Source of the DNA: Takakia lepidozioides | Taxonomy: Eukaryota; Plantae; Bryophyta | NCBI GenBank assembly: GCA_030704615.1 | Contig: CM060732.1 | Location: 15,252,001-15,316,000 of the forward strand | Direction of reading: 5' to 3' | DNA length: 64,000 nt | In this document: in pieces, positions 12,443-24,700 of the stretch | Position numbering within the stretch: position 1 is the stretch's first letter | Layout of the letters: every line of letters begins with the position of its first letter | The notes under the pieces: generated by a model | Told to the model about the DNA's origin: nothing | The model's input: only the letters and a program-made list of their open reading frames with translations | Databases searched by the model: none | Translations under genes and position numbers: made by a program

Positions 12443-14167
12443 AATATAAGCCCACACAACGTACACATGAAATATTTGAGGCGTTGTTTCTGCAACCCAT
12501 TGAAGTCCCCCATACTTGCACATTAAGCGACCCACTGACCCAGTTACCCTTTTACAACTCGGTTGGCTGTAAAGGAATGATTATATATTTCAATCCGACC
12601 TTGTGTAGTTTCAGATTTCTTACCCCACACACGTAATAATAATAGTAATAATTAAACAAAAAAAAATTGGTGCAAAAGGCGCCTGAGAAGCATCGATTGA
12701 ACGATCCATTAGGTGGCAAGTGGGCTAGGTGACCCCTTTGTAAATGAACATACACATACTTGTCTTGAGCCCACAACCACTCGCAGTTTCAGGACACTAT
12801 AGTTCAGCTGCACACAGTTTAAGATCATTGGAACAACAGTACTTCATGTCTTTTTGTTGGCGCCAGAGATGTACAGGGGATTGCTGACTATGGTTATCTT
12901 TTGGGACTTGAAATATTGAATTAAAAATCTACACTCACATTCAAGGTCTGCTCAACATCATTACACATATCTCATGTAAAATGCAATATTCCAGGGGCAG
13001 GACATCATCCAGCAACGTGATATCAGGCCATGTAGGAGTAATCTGAGTGAGGAATGATTGGTAAGGCAGCCATGGCAGAGTGCTAAACCTCCCATTTCTT
13101 TGAGAGGGGCAACGTATGAAGGATATCTCCAAAATGTTGTAGAAATCCATACGGAATAAGGTGGGTGTGATGGAAACAGCTGCAAACCCCTGGCCATCAT
13201 AATAAAATTGAAGCCCATAAATTGCTGTTGCATTTGCTGTGGCACCTGTGCCTGCCCAAGCCTTGGAGCCTCCTCCACTGGTTAGGAAGTGTAATGAGCT
13301 GCTCAAATCAAAATCACATACTCAGATTCAAAACTGGAAGGGCACTGAGAGTAGGATCTTCAGGTGCAGCAGCTCACAGCATGGACTCGAGCCAGTTGGA
13401 TGGACCACAGGGGATGAAGCTTTGTTGGTTTAAGTCCAAAAGCCAAAGAATTGCACATCAGGTCTCAGGTCCAAGCACAACATGTGTAAAGGTTGGACTA
13501 GAAATCAACAACATACGGGGCTATATTCTGCACTGCTTGCATTTGCTACAAGATCTTTTCTTCATGCTGTTGTTGAGTCGTCTATAAGAAGTGGTAGGCC
13601 CCAGTTAACTTGTGGATGCAGCACAAATCAGACCTGATTTCACGGGCACAAGACAGAGTGCAGTAGGGGAACTCCAAGAATACATTGTTCCGTTGCAAAT
13701 AAAGTCAACAAAGAAGGGACTGGTATTTGGTCGGGGAAGAAGTGATGTGCACGAGTACCTGTCTGTGCGCTTGATGTGTTGTAGGCAGTGCTCATGGCCA
13801 TTAATGTACACGTCCACACCATAGGCCTATTATTTCCCCCACAATTTTGGTCATTCGCATTCACCAGTGTTCAAGCAACTCTAGTCATTTATATCTTGCA
13901 GAATGAGGATGTCCATGATGGTGTTAGAACAAGGGAAAATGCTCACCTCAAGAATGGGGAGAATGTGTGCAACAAGCTGATTTGTATCACCATGGCTGCC
14001 TATGCTGCGCATAGTATGGTGAGCAACAACAATCTTCCATCTGGCCTTTGAAGCCCCAAGAGCATCTGTCAAGTTCTGAATCACACAGAGAACGACCCTC
14101 AAATTCCATTTGTGACCTTCTGTTTCACCACATCTTTCATCTCTAATAGTTTTTCTCTTTGATTTAA

Positions 14168-17100
14168 GGCTTATGACACAGTGTGGAGAGATGGTCTATG
14201 GCTCTTTGTCTGCATCAGCACTAAGGGTCTGTGCTTCGTTCCTTGCCAAAGGTCAGGTGATTTTATTGGGTGACTTCAATGCCCGGGTGGGTAAAGGTCT
14301 CCATCAGGATGATATCATTGGGCCTTTTGGTGAGGACGAGCTGAACTCTAATGGCAGACGGTTAATTAACTGTCTGGAAGAGCTTCAGCTTCTGTCCTTG
14401 AACAATAGGGCAAAAGGTGACCAAGTGCAGTGGACTCGTGAGAAAGCCCAAACTGGGGAACGTTCCATTGTGGATTATATCATAATGGACAAAAATTTGT
14501 TTTCCCAGAGTGCCAATGTGTTGATCGACAGAACTGATATTGGTACCTCTGACCACTTCCTGGTTTGGACTGAGATCAAAAGGTGTTTTCCCAACACCAA
14601 GAGATCTGTGAAACGTTCGATTCGGAAGTGGCGCATAGAAAAATTCCATAATGAAGAGGTCAAGGCTGAGTATGTCCAGGCCTTGCAAGAGGCTCTCCCT
14701 CATTTTGTCCACTTGCTCCAAGACCTTCAGTCTTGCGCTGACAATGCAAGAAATGAAGTCGAAAGAGCAGTGGATTCTTGGGAGAGTTTCATCTCCTCTG
14801 CGGCTGACAAGATCATTGGGAGGAAACTAATTGTCTGCGGTAGAGCTGTTAATTGGTGGACCAATGAGATTAAACTCAAGATAGCTGAGAGACGAGTCCT
14901 TTATAAAGAGTGCTGCAATTTGAAAACCAACAAAGAATTGTGGGCGAGGTACTACCAGATCCGTAAAGATATCAATCAGCTTGTAAGGGCTCAGAAGAAA
15001 TTATACTGGGACAAGTTATACAATGAAATAAACTCAAACCACCATGGTGGTAATGACAAGAGATTCTGGTTGGCCCTTCAACGTTTGTACAAGCCGAAAA
15101 GCTGTCAGCAAGTACAAGCGCTGAAGACTACTAAGGGTGCAGTGGTAACTTCATCGGTTGACATTGTCAAAACCTTTGAAACCCACTACAGTATCCTTGG
15201 CAGAACTTCTAGGTCTAACAGTGAGGGGTCCTCTGATGAATGAAAGGACACAGTTGGTAAAACTGTTCCTATGATTCAAAACAGCCCTGATGAACTGGAG
15301 TATATTTCAAAAGCCTACAACGCTCCCATTAGTTCTTCTGAGATTGTGGAAGCAATTGAACATCTCAATGGATATAAAGCAGGTGGTCCTGATGGCATAG
15401 TCAACGAGCTTATCAAGCACGGTGGCGATCCCATGATAGGGGATCGATAGAGGCCCTAGTTCTCCTCTTTAACCTTATCTGGAAGACTGAAATGATCCCC
15501 TTTCGCTGGTGACAGGGGGTCATTGTCAATCTATATAAGAAGGGTGACAGAGAAGACCCAGCGAACTATCGTGGCATCACGCTTCTCAATACTGCTGGCA
15601 AGATATTTTGCAGAGTTATAAGTACCCATCTCATAGAGGTTGTTTTCACGAAGGAAAAAGGAAGGGAAACCCACTTATATTTTTTTCTTGGATGTCAAAA
15701 AGGCTTATGACACAGTGTGGAGAGATGGTCTATGGCTCCGACTCTGGTCTTGCGGAATCAAGGGAAAAATGTGGAGAGTTGTCCATAACTTGTATGCCCA
15801 CACCAAAAGCTGTGTCACTGTTAATGGACAGAAGTCTAACTTCTTTGACATAGACCAAGGTGTAGCTCAAGGATGTACCCTCTCCCCTCTGCTCTTCAAT
15901 GTTTTCATCAATCAACTCCTCGAGGATGTGGAACGTGAGGGATTTGGGTTAAGGGTGGGTGATGCCACCATTCCAGCCCTTATGTTTGCGGATGACTTCG
16001 CAGGCATAGGGGAGACTCCTTTCAACCTCCAGGAATTGATTGATTGCGCGAAGAGATACTTTAATCTTTGGGGGCTAGAGGCTAATGTCAGTAAATGTGC
16101 AGTGGTGGCATTCAACGACAGAGGAGAGGGAGGAAGTGATCTTAAGTGGCAGTGGGGTAGCCAAGAGATTCCAGTCCTCTCTTTCTACACATACCTGGGC
16201 GTTGAGTTTTCCTCCAACTGTAACTGGGATGCACATATCCAGAAAGTTGTTCAAACTGGCAAGGGCAAAGCGCTGAGTCTCACTAAATTTTTCCACTGCA
16301 GAGGGATTAACTCTGAGGTCAAGAAAACCTTGCTTTGCCCCGTTATTAGACCTGCCTTGGAGTACGGATCTGCTATATGGGTTGATAACTCCAACCAGGC
16401 TAAGTCTCTAGAATCATTCAAGTGGGGGTGCTTAAGGAGTGCATGTCAGCATGCTCCAAAACAGCCAATGTGGCTGTTCGGGGTGAGTTTGGCATCCCTT
16501 CCTTAAGCTCCCGACGAGATGAATTCAAGGTCAGATGGTGGGGTCAGTTGCAACACATGTCCAACACCAGATATCCTAAGTTAATCGACTCTATATCTTG
16601 GAAACAGGACCGCCCTGTCAAACAGGCTAAGTCCTGGCAGAAGAGAGTAGAAGAGATTCTCAGGGATCTGAATCTGGACCCGCAAGTCTTGACCTTGCTG
16701 GATAAATCTGACTTAGAGACTGTAGTGTCCAAAGCCATGTCTGTTACCAGAAAATTGTCCGATGAAAATGAAGTTAGGCAGAAAACTTCCCTGAACCTGT
16801 TTCCAGTCTGTGACATGGGGGAGGATATCATGGATGACCTCAAGGGTCTACCCACTCTCAGCACCAGACTGAAATTTAAACTCAGGGCAGGAAGCCTACC
16901 TTTGAACAGTAAACAGAAGCAGAGAGGAGAGGGAGAGTGCAATTGAACGTTGTGTGGGCAACCCGAAGACAATATTCATTTTCTGTTCACTGTCCGGGGT
17001 ACTCTCACCAGAGAGAAGCTCTCCTCCAATCTATCAAGAGGATTGTGCCTGTACCTATGTTTACCAACTTTGAAAGTCTCGAGGCTGAGCCAAAAGCCCA

Positions 17101-17331
17101 GGCCCTTCTGAGGCCTAGTTACTGGACAAACCACACACAGCAGATTGATGCTTGTGTGAAAGGATTTCTAGAGGATATCTGGAAAACCCGAATCAATGTC
17201 CTTATGAAGGTAAGTCTTACTACCGACGTCAGCCGCTGACTGAGGTAGGTTCTGTCCCTTTATGTTCCGTTCAAACTTGACGCGGGGTCAATGGCCACAA
17301 GGCTACGGCAAACAACGTCTTATGAGTACAT
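14168..17331 (+). mobile_element. LINE copy 2 (longest copy: partial APE endonuclease, RT, C-terminal region), degraded
   Basis: APE motifs ILLGDFNARVG, SIVDYII and TSDHFLV; RT motifs FLDVKKAYDTV, GVAQGCTLSPLLF, FADD and YLGV. Stop at 15241, frameshifts, and a GAAGG-microhomology deletion near 15655. 12-bp TSD TCTTTGATTTAA at 14156-14167 and 17332-17343. Confidence 0.95.
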
Positions 17332-17749
17332 TCTTTGATTTAAATCATGTGGGGCATTGATGCTGCGATTAAAATGTGTGAAAGATGATTGCACTGAAAC
17401 AAGCTTGCCAATGTTTTTTAGGATCAGAGTGATCATCTCTGATGGGCCATACCGTCTACACCACGGAAAGCCTAAGAATACCCTAGCCATGCTCACACCC
17501 TTGCTTTCACCTTTATAATACAATATGCTAAAGAGAATAGCAGACATGGTGCTTTCATTAAAAAGCACTCAACAACAGTACTGGAAGCATAACCAAGAAC
17601 AAGAAAAAGAGTGACAAGGTAAACAACATCATGCATCACTCTTGGCTTAACTTGTGCAATATCAGAAAACTGATGTAACTGAGAGAGTCTGACCACACCG
17701 TGACCTGACAAGTAATGCTACAGATACAAGCATTACGGTGGTCCCTATG

Positions 17750-18043
17750 CAGCATCCAATAGGCCCAAGGCCGCCGTACAAGCAGTCGTGGGTTCAAAGC
17801 CACATAATTGTATGTTGGATGTCACCCATAATGTCCATAAAAAGGGGGTTGCTGGGTCAACCAGCCACTTAATGTGTGCCTACCTGGGGACGTTCGAGTC
17901 CTTGGGGGAGGTTTGGGCAACCACATTGGCCTGGTTACGGTCGTTAGAAGGTGTCCACCTTCCAAATGGAAGGCAGTAGCCCCTCGGGGTGACGTGACAC
18001 CCTGATTTACACTTGCTTCGTCAGGAGTCGACCCTCTTTTTTT
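17750..18043 (+). mobile_element. Possible tRNA-derived SINE remnant
   Basis: GGCCCAAGGC (D-loop/A-box-like) followed by CGTGGGTTCAAAGCCAC (T-arm/B-box-like), and a T-run at about 18037-18043. No complete cloverleaf and no TSD seen. Confidence 0.25.
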
Positions 18044-21000
18044 GGTCCCTATGACAACCATGGTCATGATAGTAATAAAAAACCTCAGGAATCCATGCGG
18101 AGGAGTTCTCTTTGTTACAAGGAGCAGGAAATGCCGAGTCAAATATATTGTATCTTAATCTTCATTCAATGTAACCATCCGAGTCAAATGTGCAAAGTTA
18201 CCTGAACCTGTTGAGCAATGTAATCATCCCTAGTGATATGGCCTCGCCTCCATGTGTAGTCTTTGTTTGACTCTGTCCAGTAATCTTCTACAAATGGGCT
18301 GGTGTCAAAAAAGAAGAGCTCCACTTCATGCGGTGTTCCTGCTTCATTGATAAAACACATACAAATTTGAGCCACTCGTACAAATACAGGAAGCTTGAGG
18401 GCAATCTAACCAGTCACAGACAGCACTTGGCCTATGTTGGAGAGGCAATCCCTAAGAATCCTGGTTAGTTTCTTCTCCTCCGCTTTGTGATATACTTCAA
18501 CTCAGAGGTAGTCCTGCCTGATCTGGTAACCTGGACTCACGCTGCACGTCACATACCCAAGCTTTTGCACGTATAAATTCTAGAGATTTCATATTGGTGA
18601 CAACTTGTAAGTTTACGTTCAATGGGGCTACAAAACAGCAGTAAAATCCAGCCACTATCAAAAGCATTAAAGTTTACCATCACCAGATGAGATAATTTTC
18701 TACAGCCACTTCACCATGATTCTTTTACCAAATGGGGCCCTAAGGGCTCCAGCATTGGTGGCCGCCCCGAGCAACAGATCTGAAATACTGACTGCATTCA
18801 AGTCAGGGGCTTGCAGCCAACAAGTGAGAGCTTCTACCAATTACAGAGCTGCTATTTCCAAAATCTTTCAATTGAGTCACCAGTTATAGATTTACTTATC
18901 TGGTCACGTTACAATCAGATTATTGCCACAATCTGGAAGCAAGAAGCTCCTGCCAGGATTTCATAACAAACAATCTATGAGCCTTGAATGCGTAGATGTG
19001 TAAGTGCAGAAATGCATACCTTCAGGTGTAACCCCAATCCCATGAGTAAGCTGAAATTGACTATGGCAAGACCAGCAAGAATCACGGAGTGTCATTTTCC
19101 TGTCCAGTTGAGCTTCCACATTGCCACGGTAGTCATGATTTCCCAGGACTAATCAATCCACCATAACAGTCTGTCAGACGCAGAATCAAGTAATTCAAAA
19201 AATCAAACCAAGAAGTTCAAGTGGACTTTTCTTGGGAGGGCTTGCTCACCTTCTGAGAGAAAAGCCGACACATGGCTGCAAACATACACATACTGATCAC
19301 AGCTACCCCAAATAGTACCCAGCCATGACATACTCTGCTGGTTGCTGTTAGATGGGCCTGCAAACAGGACAAGAGGATAAGAAGGTCGCACTCTTCCCTT
19401 TGGGAAAAATCAATTTGGATACCGACCAATTTGTGCTTGAATCATCCGCTTAAGAGCCCCAAAGCACCATATTCCATGCGAGACAAAACTCATAACATCT
19501 GACGATTTCCGGAAAAGGTGAACAATCCTAGATGACTCGCAATTGGCCAACCGAGGAAGTCTATGAATCCAGACAAAAGCATTGGGCAATTTTGACAGCT
19601 AGTGTATGTCTGATATATTCACCTGGCTTTCATGCCCGGCCCACCTACAGAGAACAGTTGCTGGACCCACGGTTGAGCCCTCACTTCCATTGGGGGCCCT
19701 GATGGGTTGTTCAATGCTCAAGTGCACTCTTTGCGTTTCCTGCCTCCCGAGTTAGTTGAGTTCCATGGTTCGTCAAGCAGATTTTTGACAAAAATGAAAA
19801 ACAAACCACTATTGACTTATTTCCACTACTGTCTTATAGATGTCACTAAATCGTCAAACAACTCCAAGCCGGGAACTGTTTGCAAAATCCATAGCATCTC
19901 TACTCCAATTGCTGCACACTACACACTTGAGAAGCCCCTCAAAAGACAAACAGAGAACTTTAAGAGAGAAGAGAGGAATCTTGAGAGTGGAGAGATCGCT
20001 GGATTTGATGGGTTTGTTTGTTGCCATCCATATATATATATATGATGCCAGCCGGAGGCAGCATAAATAAGAGCGTTGCCATCCACTCAGGTGACAAACG
20101 GATACACCGGAACGAACAACATTGTACCATTGATTTCAACAACGACAAACATGGGAGCTACCATACCAAAAACCAATCTTCATTCTCTTATTATTGCGAA
20201 CTTCTGAGCATGTAAGAAGTTAAATCATGGGCAATACCTTCCAAGAGAGCAGCCCAGTTTCCACATCCTCAGCATTGGCAGGATCCTCCATTGCTCCATG
20301 TTGCTCACCATTCAAATTTCAAAAGAAGTGAATTCAACAATGAGGGACTGCTTTTCCCCTAGGCAAAGAACTAGCTCCCGCACAGAGATAAATAAACTGG
20401 TTACCAGGAGTGCGTAGACCCCATGCTAGAAAAGCAATGTTGATCCACAGCCTGGTGCTGTAGGCCCTTAATTGGCCACACTTCTGATACTGCAAGTCAT
20501 GCTGTATATGTCCAAAGCTAGAGAGCGATCAGAGAGAGAGAGGACCAATCAAGTCATGGGTTTGCATAGCATCTCCCGCTTCCGGACTGTGAGGACAGGA
20601 GTGGGGGAAGGCGGGTGCGGTGGGTGGAGGTACAAAAACCAAGGCACACATTGTTCAGCTACACATATACACCTGGTCAACATGGATGTTCGAAAACCCC
20701 ATCTCTGTTCGACTCTTTCATGCATTTTTCTGTCTTCTCCACAAGAAACTCTCCATGTTGATTGAATTGAGCATTTAAGAAACTCCTTACATGAAATGCT
20801 TTAGCAATGCTCAGAACAGATTTGATGTCGTGATGACAAGACAGCCTCGCTCATACACGGTCGGATTCCCCCCTACAAATGGGATCGTGTGACCGGCCAC
20901 GATGTCTCACGCTGAAGTACGAATTGCTGGAGCTGCAGTGCATATCCCTGTTATTCAGAGCACCTTCCAATCACCAACTTCTTCTACCAAAGCTAAAATC

Positions 21001-21865
21001 CAGACAGAAAGTATCTGCCAGGACACTCCGCGAAAACCCGGCGCACCGATGAATACCCCGCACCTTCTAATCCTGAAGAGTTTTTCTCTGAAAAGTTGGT
21101 CCAAAACGGTCAAGTTTACAGAGCGTGCTACTAAGGACACCCTCGGTCACGGATGGAGGCGACCAGGATCTGCACGCCAGCTCTCTGTCGGTGTCTTCGA
21201 CTCTGGTTATGACTCATGGGGTACCTTCGATCACACATGTATGGGTTGCAGGCAAAATCTTGGCTCATCCTCTCAACTCTCTGAACAACGAGTGCGCTAC
21301 AGTACTGCAGTGGGTCCCACCCATTAACTAGGCCTTAGTTCATGGAGTACCTTCTGAAGACACCGAGAGACTCGCTCTAGGCCTACCTGTTTCCTTCTAA
21401 AGCTACTGTTTGAGGCAATGATACTGCAGGCTGTGAGACAATAGATGCTCCCTCTGCAACAGATTCTGAGTCATCCCTATAAGATGGGCAAATACATACA
21501 TTGAGTAGGTAGGTCACATTCCTTGTACACCTCCGCATACCGATCCTTCTCTGTCCAGGTACAGTAGCCACCACGTGCCTCAAGGCTTGAGGCACCGGGG
21601 GTGTGGAATGTGAAGTTACGTAGTATTTGCGATAGAATGCCGCGGATCGGTGTGGCAATTTGACAAACAGGTTCGGGGGAAGAAAGGTGATGTTTAACAG
21701 CTCAGAATCAATCTGTGGAAGGAAACTAGGAAGTAAGTGGTGCCATATGTCGCAAATGGTCAATGCAAAGTGAAGCGAGCTCATGCAAGTGCGTGTGCCC
21801 AACGCTCGATGACCCTGAGAGTGTTTACAGTAGTCCCTCGCTGAAGGTTGTACAGTAACCTGGCT

Positions 21866-24668
21866 ATGGCTTTGCCGGCATACTCTGGGCGCCTGGCTCG
21901 CCACTCGGCAATGCCACCTTCGTATGTTAACAACCTGTCCTTGATATCTTCCTCGTCTCACTCCTGTTTTCCTTGGGATCGTCAGACACCTCTTGACTCT
22001 TCAGGATGCTGTTGGACTTCCTTCTCTATCAACTCTGCATTAACTGTTTCTCAAGCCACACCGTCTTTTTCTCAATCTTTCTGGTCGCCTTCATCATGCA
22101 CACACAAGAGCAAAGTATGCCTTCATCGTTCGAATGCTTTCCGAATTGTCCCAAGTGTTTCCTCTAACTCTCGATCAAGGAAGTTTAGGATCTCTAGTGA
22201 TGGAGCACGGCAAGCTGCTGACGGCATGGATGGTGATAGTAACACGGTCGAACGCAATATCGAAAGAGACGTAAAGGAAGACCAGTCGTCAGAAAGAGCG
22301 GTGACAGTAATGAAGGAGAAGGGGTGGGAAAGAAAAGTTGAAGCCTTTGGACAGATGCTTTCTTCAGCATTTCCTTTGTGGGTAGGGTTGGCGTGTGTGG
22401 CAGCATTGATAAAACCACAAGCTTTCTTCTGGATCACTGGTCGATTCCAAATTATCGGTCTCACCATCACTATGCTCGGTATCTCTCTTTCTCTCTCTGG
22501 ACAGTTTCAATGGAAAATTGCAATGCTTCTTTTCGCGACCCATGTGAATATTCTCATTCATCAGCTCCAATCATGGTGCCTGAAAAGTAACCATTTCTAA
22601 CCAGAAGGTGCATGTAGCATTTGACGGAGAGTATTCGATTTTTGCTGGAGTTGGTAGTATGAGGTAGTGTGGTGGATGTGAACAGGCATGGGCATGACAA
22701 TTTCCTCGAAGGATTTCCAGGAGGCACTAGCATTGCCCAAGGAGTTAGTTGTGGGCGTTGTCCTTCAGTACACGGTATGCTTCATTGTCAATCTGGTGTG
22801 CAACGTGGGCAGCTTTTGCGGTACCTCATTGAAAAATTCACATGAAGGAGCTTATGCCAAACTACTATTCAACAAATGCAGGGTTTAGGTCTAGTACCTG
22901 ACACCAGATCATTGTAGGACTGTGTCTGCATTATGAAACGATGAGGCTTCTTTTGATTGGAGTCCTAACGCTCTGCTATTCCCCTCCCGCAGGTTATGCC
23001 TGCAGCAGGGGTAATTTGGGGCCGGGTTTTGCATCTCCCATCCCACTATGCTGCTGGCCTTGTCTTGGTTGCATGCTGCCCTGGAGGTATTATTTCACCT
23101 TAACTAAAACTCCGCAATTACGAACTATCTTTTGTGTCCATGGCCTCATTTTCTGTGTTTTTTCTTTTGCCATGGAGCTTTTGGGTCCTTTGCAGACAGA
23201 TTGTAGAGAACAAGATTGGGTGTTACTAAAAGAAGCCATTTCAGAGGGAATTGCTTTTTTTTTTTATGTCTGGAGGAAGAAAGGAAGCTGGGAAAGGACG
23301 ATTGGGAGACTGCCTAGAAGTGGAAAGCTTTCGCATTACAAGGCATTATGAAATTCGAAAGCTAAATCCATCAATACAGTTTACTCAATGATGCAAAATG
23401 TGGTTTGTGTGGTGTAGGGACAGCTAGCAATGTGGTGACCTATCTTGCCCGGTGTGTGCCTCTGTTCTATTTTCCACATCACCCTTGTTCGATAATACCT
23501 GTTCTATTTACACTGGAAGTTACTTGCTTCTCCACAAACACCTTTTTTGGCCACACATATATCCCTCACCATACTGCCCTCTATGCAGACTTTCCCCACC
23601 AGCCAGGGATCTCAGGCTTAGAGGCAAGAGATGGACCCTTTCGTATGTAGAGCAGAACAGAGAGAGAGGGGGGTGTGAGAGAGAGAAAAGAGGAAGGGAT
23701 TTCAACAGACCCCAACGCAAACCAATGTAGGTCTTGTAAACTGTAAAATACGGGTCTCTTAACCTGTTGAGCACATACCCATATTGGAAGACCATTGCCT
23801 TGTCAGCCAACACAGTACGTATGGGGATCTATAGAGCATGCAAATGGCTTAGGATTGTCTTTTGAGGAGTTTTTTTGAGGACAAACAGAGATAAGTTCAT
23901 TAGTTCAACTCTGACTGGAACCGACAACCTTTCGGGGGTGGGTGGGATGATTTGCAGAGGGAATGTAGCTCTGTCAGTGCTCATGACAGCTGCCAGCACC
24001 TTCTTGGCTGCCGTTCGTTCTCTCTCTCTCTCTCTGGATAAATCTGACTTGAAGGTTGTAGTGTCCTCAGCCATGTCTGTTGCCATGAGATTGTCTGATG
24101 AAAATGAAGTTAGGCAGAAAACTTCCCTGAACTTGTTTCCAGTCAGTGACATGGGGGAGGACATCTTGGATGACCTCAAGGGTCTACCCACTCTCGGCAC
24201 TAGACTGAAATTTAAACTCAGGGCAGGAAGCCTACCTTTGAACAGCAAACAGAAGCAGAGAGGAAAGGGAGAGTGCAATTGCCCGCTGTGTGGGCAATCT
24301 GAAGACAGTATTCACTTTCTGATACACTGTCCGGGGTTCTCTCACCAAAGAGACGCTCTCTTCAATTCTGTCAAGGGAATTGTGCCTGTACCCCTGTTTA
24401 ACAACTTTGAAAGTCTCGAGGCTGAGCCAAAAGCCCAGGCCCTCCTGAGGCCTAGTTTTTGGGCAAATCACACACAGCAGATTGATGCTTGTGTGAAGGG
24501 ATTTCTAGAGGATATCTGGAAAACCCGGATTAATTCTATATATGATGGTAAGTCACACTACCAACGTCAGCCCCTGACAGAGGTAGGTTCTGTCCCTTTT
24601 GTTCCCGCTCAAACTGGGCGCGGGGTCAATGGCCACAAGGCTACGGCAAACAACGTCTTATGAGTACA

Positions 24669-24700
<32 letters not shown>

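Larger units (their letters stand above)
13083..20291 (-). pseudogene. Purple acid phosphatase (low-molecular-weight PAP3/7/8/17, ACP5-like) pseudogene
   Basis: Exons encode KVHLNFLV (about 19205), VLGNHDYRGNVEAQL (about 19020-19148), VELFFFDTSPFVEDYW (about 18202-18360), KARWKIVVAHHTMRSIGSHGDT (about 13947-14080), DVYINGHEHCLQHI (about 13760-13825) and HFLTSGGGSKAW...FYYDGQGF (about 13083-13300). The GDWG and GDNFY metal-ligand segments are missing. There are frameshifts near 19270 and 13130, and LINE copy 2 sits in an intron. Confidence 0.85.

Noticed and set aside
17750-17810. Functional tRNA gene
   Set aside because: Only A/B-box-like pieces are present, with no acceptor stem or anticodon arm. 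Listed as a low-confidence SINE remnant.
23875-24663. 262-aa ORF as a standalone gene
   Set aside because: Chance fusion of intron sequence, BASS1 exon 5, a (CT)n tract and LINE copy 3.
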